Assembly: GCA_963724775.1 (NCBI GenBank)
Contig: CAVRWB010000019.1
Location: 431,051-495,050 of the forward strand
DNA: 64,000 bases
From: an uncultured Acidobacteriota bacterium
Lineage (GTDB): Bacteria > Acidobacteriota > Vicinamibacteria > Vicinamibacterales > Fen-181
Direction: 5' to 3'
The notes beneath the pieces are model-generated. The model was not told the DNA's origin and did not search any database. It worked only from the letters and a program-made list of their open reading frames with translations. Below are positions 1-9,175 of the stretch, piece after piece. Position 1 is the stretch's first letter, and each line of letters opens with the position of its first letter. The position numbers and the translations under genes were made by a program.

Positions 1-1
1 C

Positions 2-1534
2 AGCCTGATGACGCTCTATCATCCCGAGCCGTTCGCCAGTTGGGGACACTACGGTCTCGACCCGAAGATGTTTCCCAGCGGCGACGAGGGGATGAAGCGG
101 GCCGTGGAGAAGGGGCAGGCCCTCGGGATCCGGATTGGCGTCCACACGCTGACCAACTTCATCAACACCAACGACGCCTACGTCTCGCCGGTCCCGGATC
201 CGCGCCTGGCACGATCCGGATCGAGTCCGCTCGTCGCCGGTCTCGACCCGGGCGCGACGGAGATTCACATCGTGGACCCCGCGTACTTTGCCAACGAGAA
301 GGCGAACTGGCTGCACACCGTCGTCATCGATCGGGAGCTGATTCGCTACCGGGCGGTGTCTGCCAGCCAGCCGTGGAGGCTCCTCGACTGCGAGCGCGGC
401 GCGTTCGGGACGAAGGCGGCCGTCCACCGCAAGGGCGCGAGTGTCGGGAAGCTGATCGATCACCCGTACAAGGTCTTCTTCCCAACGCTCGATCTCCAGG
501 ATGAGATCGCCTCGAATCTCGCGCTGTGGTTCAACCGGACAGGCGTCGGCCAGCTTGATTTCGACGGCCGCGAGGGCTGCCTCGCATCGGGGCAGGGCGA
601 CTACGCGCAGGACCGGTTCGCGCAGGTCTTCTACGACCACCTCGACCACCCGGTCGTCAACGGCACCAGCACTTCGTCGCCCTACTACTGGCACATCAAC
701 AGTTACTGCAACTGGGGCGAGCCGTGGTACGGAGGCTTCCGCGAGAGCATGCAGGAGTACCGGATCCAGAACCAGGCGCTGTTCGACCGGAACTACGTTC
801 CGAACATGCTCGGCTGGTACCGGCTGACGGCGACGACGAGCCTGGCGGAGATGGAGTGGATGCTGGCGCGCGCGGCGGGTTTCGGCGCCGGGTTCGCCAT
901 GTCGACCACGATCGAGGAACTGCGCAAGAACGCGGACACCGGGTTGCTGCTCGACACGATCCGGGAGTGGGAGGCAGCGCGGCGTTCGGGCGCCTTCTCG
1001 CCGGCGCAGCGCGAGCGCCTGAAGAACTCGAAGCTCGAGTTCCACCTGGAACGAGCAGCGCAGGCCTCCGTGCCTGCCACAACCCTGCCTGCCGGCGGGT
1101 GGATCCTCTTCCCGTTCCACCACGGCCCCGTGTTCCGCCACGAAAGGACGGTCGGCCAGCCGGGAGAACCATCGGGCGCCGCGTGGACCGTGGAGAACCC
1201 GGACGAAACGCAGCCGCTCCAGTTCAGGCTCCAGGCGGTTGGCGGTACGGGGCGCGCATCAGCCTTCCGCCTGGAAGTGGATCGGACGCAGGTGATCCAG
1301 ATCGACGCCCAGCTGAAAGCCGGCGAGTCGCTGGTCTTCGACGGCGGGACCGTCGCGCGGGTCTACGACGACAAGGGGCGGCAGACACAGGCGGTGGCGG
1401 TCACGAAGCCCGCGCCGCGCACGGCGCCGGGGCCGCATGCGATCGGGTTCGACTGCACGTTTGAGGGCGACACCCCGCCCGCCGTCGAGCTGACGTTCCG
1501 CACGCGCGGCGCCGCGGAACCGGTTGGCCGGTAG
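2..1534 (+). CDS. Glycoside hydrolase-like protein, 5' end outside window
   Basis: Frame open from position 2. Barrel-like motifs (IGVHTL, QLDFDGREG) and a beta-rich C-terminal domain. Family assignment is inference. Confidence 0.6.
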   Translation, partial: SLMTLYHPEPFASWGHYGLDPKMFPSGDEGMKRAVEKGQALGIRIGVHTLTNFINTNDAYVSPVPDPRLARSGSSPLVAGLDPGATEIHIVDPAYFANEKANWLHTVVIDRELIRYRAVSASQPWRLLDCERGAFGTKAAVHRKGASVGKLIDHPYKVFFPTLDLQDEIASNLALWFNRTGVGQLDFDGREGCLASGQGDYAQDRFAQVFYDHLDHPVVNGTSTSSPYYWHINSYCNWGEPWYGGFRESMQEYRIQNQALFDRNYVPNMLGWYRLTATTSLAEMEWMLARAAGFGAGFAMSTTIEELRKNADTGLLLDTIREWEAARRSGAFSPAQRERLKNSKLEFHLERAAQASVPATTLPAGGWILFPFHHGPVFRHERTVGQPGEPSGAAWTVENPDETQPLQFRLQAVGGTGRASAFRLEVDRTQVIQIDAQLKAGESLVFDGGTVARVYDDKGRQTQAVAVTKPAPRTAPGPHAIGFDCTFEGDTPPAVELTFRTRGAAEPVGR

Positions 1535-1540
1535 GACACT

Positions 1541-4267
1541 ATGAGATTCCATCGCTCCCTCCTGCTCACGATGGCGGTCCTCGCCCCGGCGCACAGCGCA
1601 GAGTCGGCGGCGCCCCCGCCCCCGGTCTTGAAGAACGACCGCCTCGCCGCGCACTTCGGGCCGCGCGGCCTCACCGCCATCGACGCGGGCACGAGCCGCT
1701 TCGTCTTTGCAGCAGAGGACTTCTCGATTTCGATCGGCGGGGACTCGTTCGACAGCCAGGTGCTCGCGGCACCGGCGCGCGCGGTGACCAAGGAGCGCGT
1801 CAGCTACGACTGGTCGGCGGGCGGTTTCCGAATCACCGTCTCGTATGAGCTCCAACCCGGGTGGGGCTTCGTCAGCAAGCAACTCTCTGTGACCTCCGAT
1901 CGCGGACGCCTTCAGCCGGCCCCCGGCGCGCGGTTCGACGAGGTGACCGTCATTCGCGCCACGCTCGCCGAAGCGTTCAGTGGCACGTACATTCCGAAGG
2001 GCGCGCGCCCGAACCTGGGAACCGCCGACTACGGCGTCTGCCTGCGCCTCGATGGGCAACGCGGGCTGCTGGCCGTCGTCCAGAATCCTTTCCTTCGCGC
2101 CGAGGTGGGCAAGCCTCAACCCCGCGGCAAGGCGGGGGAGAGCCAGTTGTTCGCGATTAGCTACAAGCCAGAGCTCGACTGGAGCTTCGCGAGCGGGCCG
2201 TTCGTGACGGACCGCGCGCTCCTCGGTCCCTACCGTCCGACCGGCCGCACGCTCCCGGCGAAGATGTTGCCCGAGTGGAACATGGGCCCGAATGACTCCG
2301 GGCCAGGCATGGACGAAGCGGAGATCGCCGCGTTTACCGAGATGGTGCGCGCCTTCGTTCTTGCCAGGCCGTCGCAGCCGGTCAACGTGCTCGTCCCGTG
2401 GTGCCTGAACGACTACCAGATCGACGTTGCCACTGCCGAGGGACGGACCGAGTACAAGCGCATCCTCGATAGCGGAGCCGAACTGGGCGCGGAGTATGTG
2501 ATCTTCGCGCCGACCAACTCGGACCTGGCCAAGCGCGAGGACAGCATGGATGACTGGAGCTGGGAAAACCTGCTCTGGCTCGGCTTCGGTCAGAAGATCC
2601 GGCGCAATGAGTGGGACGTCAAGACGGGTCCCGTGCCGGCATCCGTTCAGGAGATGCTCGACTACGCGAAGGTCAAGAACCTCAAGCTCCTGGCCTACGT
2701 GTACCCGGTGCTGCCGTTTTCGCAGAACCCCGCGTGGCTGGTCTCGCCAAAAGACAACCCGGGCCGCCACTACGCGAACCTCGGCATTCGCGCGTTCCAG
2801 GATTGGCTGATCGAGACGCTCGTTGCCTTTCACGATCGGTTCGGCCTGGGGGGCTACTCGTTCGACCACACCTTCCTTGGCTACCCCGGCGCCAGCCGGT
2901 ACGCGCAGTGGGCCGGCTGGCGACGCGTGATGGAGGAACTCAGGCACCGCGTGCCGGGCATCGTCCTCGACGGCCGCCAGGCGTATCACCAGTACGGGCC
3001 GTGGGGCTGGCTCGCCGGCAGCTACCCGCACCCGACATTCAACGACGAGCAGCCGGAGAGCTTCGTACCGTTTCCGGACCTGCATTTCGACCGGGTGTCG
3101 GCCGACCGTGAGCGCTACACCGCCTTCCGCTACAGGAACTACGAGTTCGCGCCGAGCGAGCTCGTGCCAGGGTTCATCACGCACCAGACGTCGAGGGCGG
3201 ACGACACGGGCGAAATGCCGGAGAAGAAGACGGACAAGGGCGTCATGTTGCAGCCTTTCCGGCAGCGCGACTGGGACTACCTGGGGTGGCGCTACTCGCT
3301 GTTGTCGTCGATAGCGATCGCGGGCTGGAACAACGTGCTCGACATGATTCCCGCGCGGGATCCGGCGGAGTACTCCGCCTTCTCTGCGGCAGACAGGAAG
3401 TGGTTCCGCGGCTGGATCGACTGGACGGCCGCGAACAAGGACGTGCTCCGTCACACGCGGACGATCCTCGGCGAGCCAGCGATCGGAAAGGTGGACGGCA
3501 CCGCGGCGATCGTCGGCAACCGCGGCTTCATCTTCCTCTTCAACCCGAACGGCCGGCGGCTGCCGGCGACGTTCCGTCTCGACGACTCGATAGGGCTGTC
3601 CGCGGCGGGCAGCTTCGTGCTCAAGGAGCTGTACCCGCGGGAGGGACGGTTGCGCGGGAAGGCCGCTGCGACGCCGTGGCAGCACGGCGACGAGGCTACC
3701 TTCACACTCGATGGCGGGTCCGCGATGGTGCTGGAACTTCAGCCGGCGCCGGCGGCCAGCACGGGGCCGCTCGTGTTCGACACGGGCAAGGCCTCGACGG
3801 CCGGTGGTGACGCGACGGCGGCGGACGGGCCCGGCGACGGCTTCAGGCAGTACCAACAGATCGGCGAGTACGATCCCGCCTTCGCTGGCGGGCCGTGGAA
3901 AGGCAGCTTCACGGTCCCCCAACGGGTGTTCGATCAGCTCGCCGCCCGGCAGAAGGCCTGGCCGATCCCCTGGACGGCGGAGGACTACCGGACAACCTGG
4001 CTGGCGCCGCAGCGCCTGCTGCTCTTCGTGCAGATCGCGGAACCGGACGACCGGTGGGAGGCGACGCTGCGGGTTGACGGAAAGGTCGTCGAGCTGAAGA
4101 AGGCCTACACGGCGGTCCGCGTGGCGCGGCGAACCTTCGTCGGCTTCTACGCGGACCTGTCGCTCATCGCACCAGGCGTCCCGCACACGATCGAACTCGA
4201 CCTGCCGAAGCTCAAGCCCGGTCAGCTGCAGGGCGTGTTCTTCGAGAACGTGGAGAGCTCGCTTTGA
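1541..4267 (+). CDS. Secreted glycoside hydrolase-like protein (TIM-barrel type)
   Basis: 908 aa with signal peptide; LNDYQID and GYSFDHT motifs; aromatic-rich; starts 6 nt after the previous gene. Confidence 0.6.
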   Translation: MRFHRSLLLTMAVLAPAHSAESAAPPPPVLKNDRLAAHFGPRGLTAIDAGTSRFVFAAEDFSISIGGDSFDSQVLAAPARAVTKERVSYDWSAGGFRITVSYELQPGWGFVSKQLSVTSDRGRLQPAPGARFDEVTVIRATLAEAFSGTYIPKGARPNLGTADYGVCLRLDGQRGLLAVVQNPFLRAEVGKPQPRGKAGESQLFAISYKPELDWSFASGPFVTDRALLGPYRPTGRTLPAKMLPEWNMGPNDSGPGMDEAEIAAFTEMVRAFVLARPSQPVNVLVPWCLNDYQIDVATAEGRTEYKRILDSGAELGAEYVIFAPTNSDLAKREDSMDDWSWENLLWLGFGQKIRRNEWDVKTGPVPASVQEMLDYAKVKNLKLLAYVYPVLPFSQNPAWLVSPKDNPGRHYANLGIRAFQDWLIETLVAFHDRFGLGGYSFDHTFLGYPGASRYAQWAGWRRVMEELRHRVPGIVLDGRQAYHQYGPWGWLAGSYPHPTFNDEQPESFVPFPDLHFDRVSADRERYTAFRYRNYEFAPSELVPGFITHQTSRADDTGEMPEKKTDKGVMLQPFRQRDWDYLGWRYSLLSSIAIAGWNNVLDMIPARDPAEYSAFSAADRKWFRGWIDWTAANKDVLRHTRTILGEPAIGKVDGTAAIVGNRGFIFLFNPNGRRLPATFRLDDSIGLSAAGSFVLKELYPREGRLRGKAAATPWQHGDEATFTLDGGSAMVLELQPAPAASTGPLVFDTGKASTAGGDATAADGPGDGFRQYQQIGEYDPAFAGGPWKGSFTVPQRVFDQLAARQKAWPIPWTAEDYRTTWLAPQRLLLFVQIAEPDDRWEATLRVDGKVVELKKAYTAVRVARRTFVGFYADLSLIAPGVPHTIELDLPKLKPGQLQGVFFENVESSL

Positions 4268-5013
4268 ACTTCGCCTTGCCGGAGGCAGTCATCTTCTCGG
4301 TTGCGTACTGGAAGATCAGCCGGGCAGCGGTGTCCTTGAACGGCAGGAGAAACGCCTCAACGTCCGCGGGATCCTTCTTCCACGCTTCACGGAGAAACCA
4401 TCCCAGCCCCTGGTGAACCACGCGCTCCTCGTCGGGCATCATCGGCCTCACGAACTCGAGGAGGGCCTTGACGGCGCGGCGGTCGGCCGCCGATGGCTGC
4501 TCCCCTTTCTTCAGCCGGGGGATGAGGGCGAGCATCGACACCGGAACCGCGCGGCGCTGGAAGCGCAGCGGCGACGTCCGCCACGGAGCCAGGCGGTCGA
4601 GGGGCAGGCGGCCGTCCTTGAGCATCGGCGCCAGCAGTTCGCCGCACATCACGTCGGTGTGGGCCCAGTTGCGGACGCCCGCCTCGAACCATCGGCCGAG
4701 GGAGAGAGCCGCGCTGGCATCCAGTTCGTCCCGGCGGCTCTTGAGAAACTGGATCGCGAGCGCGCCTTCTTCGTACTTGCCGCTGGCGAAGAGCTTCTCG
4801 CCCGCCTCGATCAGCCCCGGCACGCCGATGCCCGAGTACTTCGCGAGCCACTCGTCGCGGCGCTCGGTGAAGAACGGGTTGCCCTTGTCGAGCAGCCCCC
4901 ACGCGTCGTAGCCCTCCTTGAAGTACCGCTGATAGAGCGTGGCGACCTTCGCGTTGGCGTGCGCCGCGCAGTACCTCCTGGACCTCTCGCGCCAGCTGGT
5001 GGGATTTCTTCAT
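4212..5013 (-). CDS. DNA alkylation repair protein (AlkD-like HEAT repeat); frameshift near 4980
   Basis: NWAHTD and VHQGLGWFLREAWKK motifs. ATG 5013 with RBS joins the 4212..4823 frame after a 1-nt indel (EVRRYCAAHANAKVATLYQRYFKEGYDAWG). Confidence 0.75.
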
Positions 5014-5113
5014 GAATCCTCGCTGATGGAGCAGCGGGCCGATTGTACACCTCGGCCCACGACCGGGCGCGAGATAGAATGGAAACGGAAAACCGAGAAC
5101 GGAGACGGACAGG

Positions 5114-6424
5114 GTGATGGGCGTTCCTCTCTCCCGCGCGGTCGCGGACCTGGTCGCCGGGCCGCGGTTGCTGCGGCTGAAGCCGGCCGTGCAGCGCTAT
5201 GCGTGGGGCGGCTACGAGTTCATTCCGGGGCTGCTCGGTGAGCCGAACGAGGCCCGGGCGCCGCACGCCGAGCTGTGGATCGGCGCGCATCCCGTGGCTC
5301 CGTCGCAAGTGGCGCTGCCCGGCGGCGACGTGTCCCTCGCGGCGCTGTTCGAGGCGGGCGCGGCGGCGATCGTTGGCGCGGAGCTGGTCGCGCGCTTCGG
5401 CCCGGCGCTTCCCTACCTGCTCAAGGTCCTTGACGTTCGCTCGATGCTCTCGATCCAGGCGCACCCGGACCCCGTCCAGGCGCGCGAGGGCTTTGCGCGG
5501 GAGGAACGCGCGGGCATCGCGCGGTCGGCGCCAAACCGCAACTATCGCGATGCCGGTCACAAGCCCGAGGCGAGCCTCGCGCTCACTGACTTCTGGATGC
5601 TGTTCGGCTTCCGTCCCGTGGGCGCGATCGCCGACACCCTCCGCGAGGTGCCCGAGTTGGCCGCGCTGTTTCGCGCCGCCGGTTCCGCCGCCCCGGATCC
5701 CCGTGCCTGCGAGGGGGAGTCAGGGCACGAGTGGCTCCGGTCCTCCTACGCCGCGGTCATGCGGCTGCGCCAGGAGGCGGTCGACGAGGCGCTCGGCCCG
5801 CTGGCCGATCGCCTGGCGCGCGACGAGGCGGGCGGCGGGCTGCACCGCTCAACGCCAGACTTCTGGGCCGCGCGCGCCGTGCGCGAGTTCCGCCCGGTCG
5901 ATGGTGCCGTCGATCGCGGTCTCGTCTCCATCTATCTCCTCAACCTCGTGCGCCTGAACCCCGGTGAAGCGATCTTCATCCCGGCCGGCGTGCTCCACGC
6001 GCATCTCGAGGGGATCGCCGTCGAAGTGATGGCGGCATCCGACAACGTGCTTCGCGGCGGCCTGACAGGTAAGCACGTCGACGTGGACGAACTCCTGCGG
6101 GTGGTTCGGTTCGAGACGACCGTTCCCCGGCCGCTTTGCGCGCACCGGGAGACAACGGGCGAACGGCGCTACGCGACGCCGGCCTCGGAGTTCCGCCTCG
6201 GCCGCCTGGAACTTGGGCCGGGCGATCGGTTCGCGCCAGGCCCGGTGTGGGGCGCGGATGCGCTGTTGGTTCTCGACGGCGAGGCGACGGCGCACGCGGC
6301 GGGCGTCTCGCTTCAGCTGCCGCGAGGGGAGGCCGTCCTCGCAACGTCCGGCTTGGACTACACTGTTGAGGCGCGCGACCGCGCGGTCGTCATCCGTGCC
6401 TCCGTGCCCCGCCCCCCCCGGTAA
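5114..6424 (+). CDS. manA: Mannose-6-phosphate isomerase, class I
   Basis: YAWG, AELWIGAHP, LSIQAHP, HKPE, HAHLEG and EVMAASDNVLRGGLT motifs. Confidence 0.92.
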   Translation: MMGVPLSRAVADLVAGPRLLRLKPAVQRYAWGGYEFIPGLLGEPNEARAPHAELWIGAHPVAPSQVALPGGDVSLAALFEAGAAAIVGAELVARFGPALPYLLKVLDVRSMLSIQAHPDPVQAREGFAREERAGIARSAPNRNYRDAGHKPEASLALTDFWMLFGFRPVGAIADTLREVPELAALFRAAGSAAPDPRACEGESGHEWLRSSYAAVMRLRQEAVDEALGPLADRLARDEAGGGLHRSTPDFWAARAVREFRPVDGAVDRGLVSIYLLNLVRLNPGEAIFIPAGVLHAHLEGIAVEVMAASDNVLRGGLTGKHVDVDELLRVVRFETTVPRPLCAHRETTGERRYATPASEFRLGRLELGPGDRFAPGPVWGADALLVLDGEATAHAAGVSLQLPRGEAVLATSGLDYTVEARDRAVVIRASVPRPPR

Positions 6425-6574
6425 TCGTCAACCGGTATTCGCCAATCGCCAATCGCCAATCGCCAATCGCCAATCGCCAATCGTCAATCGCCAATCGCCA
6501 ATCGCCAATCGTCAATCGCCATCGCCAATCGCCAATCGTGCCATCGCCATCGTCAATCGCCATTCGTCAATCGC
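6423..6574. repeat. Tandem heptamer array (AATCGCC/AATCGTC, about 20 units)
   Basis: Directly visible; fills the whole gap from the manA stop to the next ATG. Confidence 0.95.
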
Positions 6575-8032
6575 ATGAACCGTGACATTCAGCGCGTGCT
6601 CGAGGATCTCGAGCGCGATGCGTCGGAAGAGGCGGCCGCGTCGTTTGCCACGCTGGTCGCACGGTACTTCTCGGAAACCGCCACGGGAGACGGCCGCGTG
6701 TCGACCCCCGCCACGCCAGCCGCGCTCGCCGCGCGCTTCAGCGGGCCGTTGCCGGTCCGCGGAAGGCCGCTCGCAGACGTGCTCGGGATGCTCGAGCGCG
6801 ACGTGCTGGCGGACAGCAACCGGCTCACGCATCCGCGATCGATGGGCCACCAGGTGTCGGCACCGCTGGCCGCCGCGGTGTGGACCGAATCGATCACCGC
6901 CGCGCTGAACCAGTCGGGCGCCGTCTGGGAGATGTCGCCGGTGGGGACGGTCATCGAGACGCAGGTGATCCGCTGGATGTGCGATCTCGCCGGCTTTCCG
7001 AATGGCGCGGGGGGCACCTTCACGTCCGGCGGAACCGAGGCGACGTTTGCGGGCCTGCTCGCGGCGCGCCAGGCAGCGCTGCCCGACGCCTGGTCGAAGG
7101 GCGTGGGTGCGACTCCCCCAGCCGTCGTCTGCGGCGAGCACGCGCACTACGGAGTGGCGCGCGCCATCGGCGAACTTGGCCTCGGGACGGACAACGCGGT
7201 CGTCATCCCCTCGCGCGACTGGCGAATGGATGTCGGCGCCCTGCAGACGAGCCTCGACCGGCTGCGGCGCGACGGCCGCCCGGTGATGGCCGTCGTCGCG
7301 ACCGCGGGCTCCACGGCGACCGGGTCGTTCGATGACCTCGAGGCGATTGGGCGCGCGTGCGAGGACCGAGGAATCTGGCTGCACGTGGACGGCGCCCACG
7401 GAGCTTCGGCGCTCCTGTCGTCAGCGCACCGTCATCGCCTGGCGGGAATCGAGCGGGCCCGTTCCATCGCGTGGGACCCGCACAAGATGATGCTCGTGCC
7501 CCTCACCGCGAGCGCGGTGCTCGTCAGGCGCGAGGCCGATCTCGAGGCGGCGTTCAGCCAGTCGGCGCCGTACCTCTTCCACGCCAGGGAAGGGCGCAAC
7601 TGGGACCAGGGACTTCGCAGCTTCACCTGCTCGCGGCGGATTGACGCCCTCAAGGTCTGGGTGGCGCTGCAACGGCACGGCGCCGAGGGCCTGGGCCTGC
7701 TGTACGAGCACCTCTGCGCCACGGCGAGAGTGCTTTACGAGTTGGTTCGCGCGCGCCCGGACTTCGAGGCGATCCACGAGCCCGAATCGAACATCCTGTG
7801 CTTCCGCTACGCGAGCGGCGCCACCAGAGACGACCATGCGCTCGACGCGCTGAACCTGCGGCTGCGCGAGGAGTACAACCGGGCCGGCGACGGGTGGATT
7901 ACGACGACGATGCTTCGCGGACGACGGGTGCTGCGGACGACGCTGATGAACCCGAGGACGAAGACCGCGGACCTCGAACGCGTGCTCGACGGGCTCGCGG
8001 CGCTGGGAAGAACGCTGCAGACGGAGAACTGA
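6575..8032 (+). CDS. PLP-dependent group II amino-acid decarboxylase
   Basis: FTSGGTEA, TAGSTATGSFD, HVDGAHG and DPHK (PLP lysine) motifs. Confidence 0.9.
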   Translation: MNRDIQRVLEDLERDASEEAAASFATLVARYFSETATGDGRVSTPATPAALAARFSGPLPVRGRPLADVLGMLERDVLADSNRLTHPRSMGHQVSAPLAAAVWTESITAALNQSGAVWEMSPVGTVIETQVIRWMCDLAGFPNGAGGTFTSGGTEATFAGLLAARQAALPDAWSKGVGATPPAVVCGEHAHYGVARAIGELGLGTDNAVVIPSRDWRMDVGALQTSLDRLRRDGRPVMAVVATAGSTATGSFDDLEAIGRACEDRGIWLHVDGAHGASALLSSAHRHRLAGIERARSIAWDPHKMMLVPLTASAVLVRREADLEAAFSQSAPYLFHAREGRNWDQGLRSFTCSRRIDALKVWVALQRHGAEGLGLLYEHLCATARVLYELVRARPDFEAIHEPESNILCFRYASGATRDDHALDALNLRLREEYNRAGDGWITTTMLRGRRVLRTTLMNPRTKTADLERVLDGLAALGRTLQTEN

Positions 8033-8055
8033 GGACGGAAACGGGGGACCATCCC

Positions 8056-9099
8056 ATGCGGTTGCTTCTAATGGCTAGCGCGGCTCTTCTCGTTGCCGGA
8101 ACGTTGTCGGCCCAGTCCGCGTGGACCCCGCAAGCGAGCCCGACGACCGAGCGGCTTCGGGGCGTCAGCGCCGCCGGGGACAAAGTTGCCTGGGCCAGCG
8201 GCAACAAGGGCACCGTGCTCCGGACGGTGGACGCCGGGGTCACCTGGTCGGTGGTTCCCGTGCCCGACGCGGAAGGCCTCGACTTCCGTGACATCGAGGC
8301 GTTCGACGCGAAGACCGCGTACGTGCTCAGCATCGGCGCCGGGGACAAGTCGCGCATTTACAAGACCGTCGATGCCGGGCGCACCTGGTCGCTTCAGTTC
8401 ACCAACCTCGATCCGAAAGCCTTCTACGACGCGATCGCCTTCTTCGACAAGGACCGCGGCCTTGCGGTCGGCGACCCGGTGGACGGTCGCGCAACGATCC
8501 TGCGCACCGCGGACGGCGGCAGGACGTGGGAACGGCTTCCGGCCGATCGGGTGCCAGCCGCGTTGGCGGGAGACGGCGCCTTTGCGGCGAGCGGCACGTG
8601 CCTGGTCACCGCGGAGAGGACGCACGCATGGTTCGGGACCGGCGGCGCGGCGAAGGCCAGGGTGTTCCACACGCCCGATGCCGGCGAGACGTGGACCGCG
8701 GCCACCACGCAGATCACCGCCGGGAACGCGTCGTCCGGCATCTTCTCGCTGGCCTTCACGGACAAGATGGACGGGATCGCGGTCGGCGGCGACTACCGGC
8801 AGGAGCAGGCGACGGGCGACAACATGCAGTTCACGACCGATGGCGGCGCCACCTGGTCCTTCGCCGGAGCGACGCGCCTCAGGAGTTTCCGGTCGGCGGT
8901 CGCGTACGTTCCAGGCTCGCACGGCAAGATCATCCTGGCGGTCGGCCCCGGCGGCACCGACCGGTCGGACGACCACGGACGCACCTGGGAGCCGATTGGG
9001 AACGAGGGGTATCACGCGCTCAGCATCGACCCGGGCGGGCACGTGGCGTGGGCGGTTGGCGAGGGCGGGCGGATCGGGCGGATGACGATCAAGAAATGA
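8056..9099 (+). CDS. Secreted Ycf48/BNR-repeat beta-propeller protein
   Basis: Signal peptide from ATG 8056; repeated TxDGGxTW Asp-box motifs. Confidence 0.85.
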   Translation: MRLLLMASAALLVAGTLSAQSAWTPQASPTTERLRGVSAAGDKVAWASGNKGTVLRTVDAGVTWSVVPVPDAEGLDFRDIEAFDAKTAYVLSIGAGDKSRIYKTVDAGRTWSLQFTNLDPKAFYDAIAFFDKDRGLAVGDPVDGRATILRTADGGRTWERLPADRVPAALAGDGAFAASGTCLVTAERTHAWFGTGGAAKARVFHTPDAGETWTAATTQITAGNASSGIFSLAFTDKMDGIAVGGDYRQEQATGDNMQFTTDGGATWSFAGATRLRSFRSAVAYVPGSHGKIILAVGPGGTDRSDDHGRTWEPIGNEGYHALSIDPGGHVAWAVGEGGRIGRMTIKK

Positions 9100-9132
9100 T
9101 CAGGGACCGATAGGATCATCGACCTGTACAAG

Positions 9133-9160
9133 GTAGGGGCGACGCATGCGTCGCCCCTAC
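9133..9160. repeat. Perfect 28-bp GTAG palindrome (REP-like; possible bidirectional terminator)
   Basis: GTAGGGGCGACGCATGCGTCGCCCCTAC between convergent genes. Confidence 0.8.
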
Positions 9161-9175
9161 GCTGTCCGCTGTCTA

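Noticed and set aside
1259-4186. Long antisense or alternate-frame ORFs (975 aa here; also 20362-22170, 37506-39350, 53751-56285)
   Set aside because: Shadow ORFs of real genes in a high-GC genome; Arg/Gly/Pro-rich with no motifs.
4212-4267. 56-nt convergent gene overlap as antisense regulation
   Set aside because: Short 3' overlaps are common in GC-rich genomes; no other support.
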